Positions 58,644 through 64,000 of a DNA stretch of 64,000 bases are shown here, piece by piece. Within the stretch, counting starts at the first letter, position 1, and each line of letters opens with the position of its first letter. Source of the DNA: Candidatus Melainabacteria bacterium 17Bon1m (GTDB lineage: Bacteria; Cyanobacteriota; Vampirovibrionia; Obscuribacterales; Obscuribacteraceae); assembly GCA_032128875.1 (NCBI GenBank), contig JAVLKG010000001.1, forward strand, positions 320,001 to 384,000, in the 5' to 3' direction. The notes under the pieces were generated by a model. That model was not told where the DNA came from, ran no database searches, and worked only from the letters and a program-made list of their open reading frames with translations. The position numbers and the translations under genes were made by a program.

Positions 58644-60760
58644 GCGTGCAAGAAGATCAAGACAGCACAGTCTCTCTCAACTCTTTCTCCGCGAAAGGGC
58701 AGGAGTTTGTGCCTGGAATCGTGGTTGACGATAAGTATCAAGTCGTCTCATTGCTCGGCAAGGGCGGAATGGGCTCGGTGTATCGCGTTCACCAAATTTT
58801 CTTGGGTAAAGACTTTGCGCTAAAAGTTCTCGATTTGCACCAGCGAACGGAATTGTCCGAAAGAAGATTCAAGCAGGAGGCACGCACCGCATCACAGCTT
58901 CAACACCCAAATCTCGTAGGAGTGCATGGTTTTGGTGTTCTACCTGGAGAGCAACCATATTTGGTGATGGACCTTATTGAAGGTACTACGCTTTCAGACG
59001 TGCTCAAAGAAAAGCGCACACTACCGTACGAGTATGTGGTGCGCTTGGCTGTTCAACTCTGTTTCGGATTAATTTATGCACACGGCAAAAGTGTTGTTCA
59101 TCGCGATATTAAGCCCGGCAATATCATGCTGCTGCACCCTGAGCGTGAGCCTGCTGAAGGCTTGGTCAAAATTGTAGACTTCGGAATTGCAAAATTGACT
59201 CAAGCTGAAGATGGTGAAATTCAGTCTTTGACAAAAACCGGTGAAGTCTTTGGAAGTCCGCTTTATATGAGCCCTGAGCAGTGTAAAGGATCTGCCGTAG
59301 ACAAGCGATCGGATATTTATTCCTTGGGCTGCGTTATCTACGAATGTCTGACTGGTGTGCCACCATTCTTTGGCGAGACCGCAATGGCGACAATGATGAA
59401 GCGCTTATCCGAGCGTCCTGCTAGTTTGAAGGAAGCTACGTTGGGAGAGCAGTTTCCGGAGCTGCTTGAGAGAATTGTTCAAAAGATGTTAGCTACCGAG
59501 CCTGAAGATCGCTATCAGGATTTGAGCGCTGTTGTAAACGATTTAATGGCTTTGCAGCAACCAGAAGTTGGTATTGCTGTTTCTGCTGCACCATTAAAAC
59601 CTCAAGTCAAAAAAGAACTCAAACTATCGCGGAAGTTGTCGCTTGCTTTTGCGACTGTTCTCTTTGCTATAAGCGCAACTGCTGTCATTGATCGCGCTTA
59701 CGTTTATCCTCTTTATTTTGCCCCTTCAACGAAATCTATAAAGGACGGGTTCGTGCTGAACCCGTTGGGTAACGATAAAGGTCTTAGCAACGGTGAATCG
59801 GAAAAATTGCGCAGCTCAAGGACGGGCCGCAGCAATTTTGGCACTGATCCGCACGAGAACAGCCCACAATTGAGGATTGAAAAAGATGCATCAGGGGAAA
59901 ACAAACAGATTTTGTTTTTCCCTGATATCTATGGAAGTATCTCGGTTGGAGGCGAACGCGTTAAGGCGAACGGTGAAATGGTCGTGCCACCAAATGCGAA
60001 GATTTCATTCCGGATAAACGATGCCGCTGCAGCCAACGATCAAACGTTCAATAATTTGACTGGATTGAAGTTTCGAAGAATTGACTTCAATGGCAGCAAG
60101 CTAATTGACGACCGCTATATAAAAATTCTGCGAAGTATTCCTCATCTCGAACAAGTAGGACTTGAAGATACTGAGATTACAACTCTTGAGCCTTTGTACA
60201 ATTCCGACAAACTCAATCATTTGGAAGTAGGCAACACAAGAATTTCGGCAGATGAAATTTTGAAGATGAAGGGACTGAAGCGACTAAGCCTGATTTCATT
60301 CGGACCCATCCCAGATGCTTATCGCGTTTTTGACGCCCTCGTCCCATCCACTACGCTCAACAATGTCATTTACAAGGGAATAAGGCTACGTGATGAGACA
60401 AGAGGTCACGATCTCACCTCACGAGATATTACATCTCTAGCCAAGTTGACGAGTTTGCGCCACCTGACGATAAGCCGTTGTCCCAAGTTTAATGACGCAA
60501 GTTTGGCAAGACTTTTAAAGCTCAAAGATTTAAACAGCCTGATAGCCATTGATAGCGGACTGACACCCGCATGCATACCCACTCTTGCAAAGTTCAAGAA
60601 CTTGCAAGAAGTTTCGTTGACCACCAAAAACTGGCCGAAATCTGCTCTTGACACGTTGCGACAAAAATATAAATTTTCCCAACGCAAAACTCACGATGAG
60701 GAGCGGGAGGAGCGCAATGGAGGGATTGATGCGGTTCGTTCGTTCATCGACAAACAGTGA
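58640..60760 (+). CDS. Ser/Thr receptor kinase with TM and LRR-like domain (paralog)
   Basis: Same motifs; TTGA start/stop overlap with the upstream gene. Confidence 0.93.
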   Translation: MSVQEDQDSTVSLNSFSAKGQEFVPGIVVDDKYQVVSLLGKGGMGSVYRVHQIFLGKDFALKVLDLHQRTELSERRFKQEARTASQLQHPNLVGVHGFGVLPGEQPYLVMDLIEGTTLSDVLKEKRTLPYEYVVRLAVQLCFGLIYAHGKSVVHRDIKPGNIMLLHPEREPAEGLVKIVDFGIAKLTQAEDGEIQSLTKTGEVFGSPLYMSPEQCKGSAVDKRSDIYSLGCVIYECLTGVPPFFGETAMATMMKRLSERPASLKEATLGEQFPELLERIVQKMLATEPEDRYQDLSAVVNDLMALQQPEVGIAVSAAPLKPQVKKELKLSRKLSLAFATVLFAISATAVIDRAYVYPLYFAPSTKSIKDGFVLNPLGNDKGLSNGESEKLRSSRTGRSNFGTDPHENSPQLRIEKDASGENKQILFFPDIYGSISVGGERVKANGEMVVPPNAKISFRINDAAAANDQTFNNLTGLKFRRIDFNGSKLIDDRYIKILRSIPHLEQVGLEDTEITTLEPLYNSDKLNHLEVGNTRISADEILKMKGLKRLSLISFGPIPDAYRVFDALVPSTTLNNVIYKGIRLRDETRGHDLTSRDITSLAKLTSLRHLTISRCPKFNDASLARLLKLKDLNSLIAIDSGLTPACIPTLAKFKNLQEVSLTTKNWPKSALDTLRQKYKFSQRKTHDEEREERNGGIDAVRSFIDKQ

Positions 60761-60882
60761 ATGCTTGCCAAGCGAAAATGGCTGATGAACCGACTCGAGC
60801 AGGCTAATCCGTCTAATTCAGCCTAAATGGCCACTTTTGTGTTCTAATTTGGGACGGGACACTCCATCGGCGCCACTCCCAG

Positions 60883-62739
60883 TTGACGCAACGGAACCCC
60901 GGTGAAATAGGCAGTATTGAAACGCGCATGAGACTGGAAGATCGAACATACAAATGGTGTCATCGTTGCAGTGGCAGCATTGATGAAGCGGCAATCTATT
61001 GTCGCTTTTGTAGAAACGATCTTCTGATGGGTGAGCAGAGGAAGGATCCATTCTTTGGTCCCGAGTCTAAGTTTGATGCGGCACGCCGTTGGGTGCCGAA
61101 TCTAAATTCGCTGATTGAGATGCTGCCCGATTCCAATTTCAAAAAGCATTTACTGGACGGTTTGCACATGCGTGGTCGCATGCCGACCATGGCGATGTAC
61201 GAGCGCGACGAGGAGTCCGAGCGTCAGTTCAACGAATCAAACGTTGGACTAGAACGTCCGCCAATGGAGCAGGAAAAGTCGATTATTCGGGAAGTTTTTT
61301 TGAATCTGAAAGACGCTGGTATTGATATTGACCCGATGTTGGATACCCCAAAGCTGCGGGTCCTCAAACTTACTCCAGAAACAATAAATGTGATGTACGA
61401 CGCACGAATAGCTCGTCAATCAGGTGGAAAGCAATGCAAATTCTGCCGTGAGAAGAGCGAGCAGAATGCTGTGTCGTGTGAGTTTTGCAAGTCGAATTTT
61501 TCAGACCCTCCCAAACGAGAGGCAAGGAGATTTAGAAAGAATGCAATTGGATTCTTTCCTCTCGATAAGGGATTGCTGAAGGAAGTCTTGCTCCATATCG
61601 CAATTAATCGCGCGCTTACTGGCGGCACATGGCGCAGTGAACTTGCGGATGTGCTTTCGAAACATGATATCTGCAATGCAGATGTTGAGAACGGAGTGAA
61701 GCAGCGCCAATTCCTCATGGAAGAGGATATGTCAATCGAACTGCCTATGTCCGAGTGGCAGCGAAGTTTGATGTTTGAAGGTTTGGATGATGGCATGGAT
61801 GGATACCATGCAATTCACAATATCATCGAATTGGGTCAAACTTGTTTGCACGAAGAATTTCACGAAGAAGCAGAAATGGTTTTGAACTTTGCCATGGCTG
61901 TTGCTGATACTCATCCCTTGGGCAATGTTAATGGCTTGGACGCAATGCGTGAACCCCTGAAGACATCGGGGTGGATGGCGTTGTCGCAACTCTATGAGAC
62001 TACCGGTCGTTATGCTGAAGCAGAAGAAGCGCACGCGAAAATGTTCCAAATCGGACCTTCAATGGCAATTCCTGGTCTCGATGAGATTATGAAGGCGACG
62101 ATGGAATTGCTAAGTCCTCAGAGATCCATTAGACAAGCCGATCTATGTTTTAAGCAAAGCAAGTTCGATGAGGCTATCGACTTGTATAAGAAAGCGTTGA
62201 CTGCACTGGACAAGCAAGAAAACAAGCCGTTCATCGGTTTTTCTAAAATGTCTGGACTGGTGCAGGGCGAACCTCCGTCTTCAATTACGACCCCTGCTCC
62301 TGAAGACTATGATGTTGCTCCTACGATGGATGGACCTGACCAAGCAAAGCTTAATGAAGTCAGCGATCTCGTTTTGGTGTCAACGGCCCATCGTGTTGGT
62401 GTCATGAAAAAACTCGCCGAGGTGTATATGGCGAAGAAGGATTACGCAACTGCTGCGTATGTTTTAGATGAATCAATGGAGCTTGCCGACCAGCTAAATG
62501 AGCCGTATCAAGCTCTTGTCGCTGATGTTTGCGAATGTTATGGACGCTTCAATATGATGCAGAAGCAGTACCCAGAAGCCGAGCAACAGTTCCGGCGCGC
62601 TGTCGAGTTTTACTCCTCTGTGAAAGATCCCATGGATCCGGAAGAATTTGAAATTGTCGTCAACAAAGCTTCCAATTGCCTTGCGGATTCATTGGAAGCT
62701 CAAGGCAAAATCGAAGAGTCGAAAAAATATAGAAAGTAG
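60883..62739 (+). CDS. Double zinc-ribbon plus TPR protein
   Basis: CHRC..CRFC and CKFC..CEFC; C-terminal TPR helices; start 60883 or 60928. Confidence 0.82.
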   Translation: MTQRNPGEIGSIETRMRLEDRTYKWCHRCSGSIDEAAIYCRFCRNDLLMGEQRKDPFFGPESKFDAARRWVPNLNSLIEMLPDSNFKKHLLDGLHMRGRMPTMAMYERDEESERQFNESNVGLERPPMEQEKSIIREVFLNLKDAGIDIDPMLDTPKLRVLKLTPETINVMYDARIARQSGGKQCKFCREKSEQNAVSCEFCKSNFSDPPKREARRFRKNAIGFFPLDKGLLKEVLLHIAINRALTGGTWRSELADVLSKHDICNADVENGVKQRQFLMEEDMSIELPMSEWQRSLMFEGLDDGMDGYHAIHNIIELGQTCLHEEFHEEAEMVLNFAMAVADTHPLGNVNGLDAMREPLKTSGWMALSQLYETTGRYAEAEEAHAKMFQIGPSMAIPGLDEIMKATMELLSPQRSIRQADLCFKQSKFDEAIDLYKKALTALDKQENKPFIGFSKMSGLVQGEPPSSITTPAPEDYDVAPTMDGPDQAKLNEVSDLVLVSTAHRVGVMKKLAEVYMAKKDYATAAYVLDESMELADQLNEPYQALVADVCECYGRFNMMQKQYPEAEQQFRRAVEFYSSVKDPMDPEEFEIVVNKASNCLADSLEAQGKIEESKKYRK

Positions 62740-62807
62740 GCCTGGCACTGTATTGCCCCCTGATGCTCAAAGTCACCTGAAGGGCGAATTCGCGTTTCTG
62801 TCGTGAA

Positions 62808-62831
62808 GCCGGCGAGCCGCCGGCGCTCCCA
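62808..62831 (-). repeat. Second copy of the 24-bp palindromic GGGAG element
   Basis: Exact reverse complement of 44235-44258. Confidence 0.85.
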
Positions 62832-62835
62832 GGTT

Positions 62836-64000
62836 CTACGAATTTGCTGGAAGTCTAAACCAGAAGGTGCTGCCGTTGCCTTCTTCGGATGTGACACCGA
62901 TGGTGCCACCATGTGCTTCGACGATGGCTTTGCAGATTGCAAGTCCAAGACCGGTGCCTTTCTTGACCGTGGCGTCCGTTTCTGAAACCTGCTTGAAGCG
63001 CTCAAAGACAGTCTTTTGCAGTTCTGTCGGAATACCCGGACCTTCGTCTTTGATTTCGATTTCTACAAATCCGTTTTCTTTCTTAGCCTTCAGATCAATA
63101 GTGCTTTTATCCGGAGAAAACTTTATTGCATTATGCAAAAGGTTGATCACTACCTGCACCAGGCGCTCGGCGTCGCCACGTAGTTGCATGTCCTCAGATG
63201 GAGTATTGATGGTGACTTTTTTTACTTCTTTGTGAGAGTTTACTGCTTCTAGCGATTGTTCAACTATCGATTGCAGCGTGGTTTCTCCGATTGCGATTTT
63301 GAGATGACCCGCTTCCCATCTTTCTATGTCGAGCAGGTCGCGGATCATATTGACCAATCTGTCGACGCTCTTATTCAATAAGGCGAGCTTTTGTGTCCCT
63401 GCGTCACTGAGATTGCCGTAAACACCGCGACCAAGTAAGTCGAGGTAGCTTTGGACAGACGTCAGCGGTGTTCGTAAATCGTGGCTAACCATCTGCACGA
63501 ATTGAGCTTTCATCAGTTCTACTTCGTGTCTGTCAGTGATATCCAGAACCAACCCGATCAAGCGTTTTCCATCCAATGTTTCAATCTCTCTAAAAGAGAT
63601 TTCCACAGGAACTTCCGTTCCATCAAGTTTTTCCACAAGACATTCGTGTGCGCGGCCAAGCGCATTTTCTGTTATGTATGCAAGATTGACTTTTCGCGCG
63701 CGTGAATCGGTAAGAATCGTGTCAATCGTTTTTCCTTCGATGTCAGCCATTTTGTATTCGAAGACTTCCTCGAATGTTCGATTTGAAAGTACAATTTTTC
63801 CGTCGAGGTCGATCATCATCAAGCCTACTGGCAGACTTTCGAGAATCTGGCGCAGTCGTGCTTCTGCTTCTTTTACCACTTGCTCTGCCGCTTTTCGTTC
63901 TGTGATATCGTGCGCGACGCAGAAGAATGAATCATCTGGATCAGACCACTGCACAGACCAGAGAATGTTGATGTCCGAGCCGTCAGCACGAGTTATGCGG
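62836..64000 (-). CDS. PAS histidine kinase, 5' end outside the window
   Basis: PAC/PAS, VSHDLRTPL, NAIKFS, GTGLGL; frame open to the window edge. Confidence 0.93.
   Translation of the reverse strand, partial: RITRADGSDINILWSVQWSDPDDSFFCVAHDITERKAAEQVVKEAEARLRQILESLPVGLMMIDLDGKIVLSNRTFEEVFEYKMADIEGKTIDTILTDSRARKVNLAYITENALGRAHECLVEKLDGTEVPVEISFREIETLDGKRLIGLVLDITDRHEVELMKAQFVQMVSHDLRTPLTSVQSYLDLLGRGVYGNLSDAGTQKLALLNKSVDRLVNMIRDLLDIERWEAGHLKIAIGETTLQSIVEQSLEAVNSHKEVKKVTINTPSEDMQLRGDAERLVQVVINLLHNAIKFSPDKSTIDLKAKKENGFVEIEIKDEGPGIPTELQKTVFERFKQVSETDATVKKGTGLGLAICKAIVEAHGGTIGVTSEEGNGSTFWFRLPANS

Overview
Bacterial chromosomal window with no rRNA, CRISPR array, integrase or transposase. The gene content (many Hanks-type kinases with LRR ectodomains, TPR, WG-repeat and DUF4384 proteins, CpaB, a KaiB-like domain, no photosynthesis genes) suggests a non-photosynthetic cyanobacterial relative such as Vampirovibrionia/Obscuribacterales; this is inference only. 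Bases 1-35 kb form a signalling and general-stress region: a lipase missed by the ORF track, many two-component proteins including pseudo-receivers and a pseudokinase, a RedB/RedC-like module, a Zn-dehydrogenase, an ECF sigma factor, galT/galK, Crp, a KGG-type stress protein, hemerythrin, a KatE catalase with an apparent signal peptide, and SulP. Two tRNAs follow, then a split-trypsin/DUF4388/DUF4384 membrane protein with a secreted partner, housekeeping and hypothetical genes, a BrnT-like toxin-antitoxin pair, a SWIM-SNF2 helicase, cpaB, and an operon of calpain-like protease + pseudoprotease + two LRR receptor kinases. Best candidates for undescribed systems: (1) an XRE-HTH fused to a KaiB/SasA-like domain; (2) a recurring GGAAC-N17-GTC ECF promoter motif that marks a local stress regulon and points at two or three unannotated multi-hairpin small RNAs; (3) the protease/pseudoprotease/LRR-kinase operon; (4) a trypsin fold interrupted by DUF4388. 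All family assignments come from motif recognition by eye; no searches were run.
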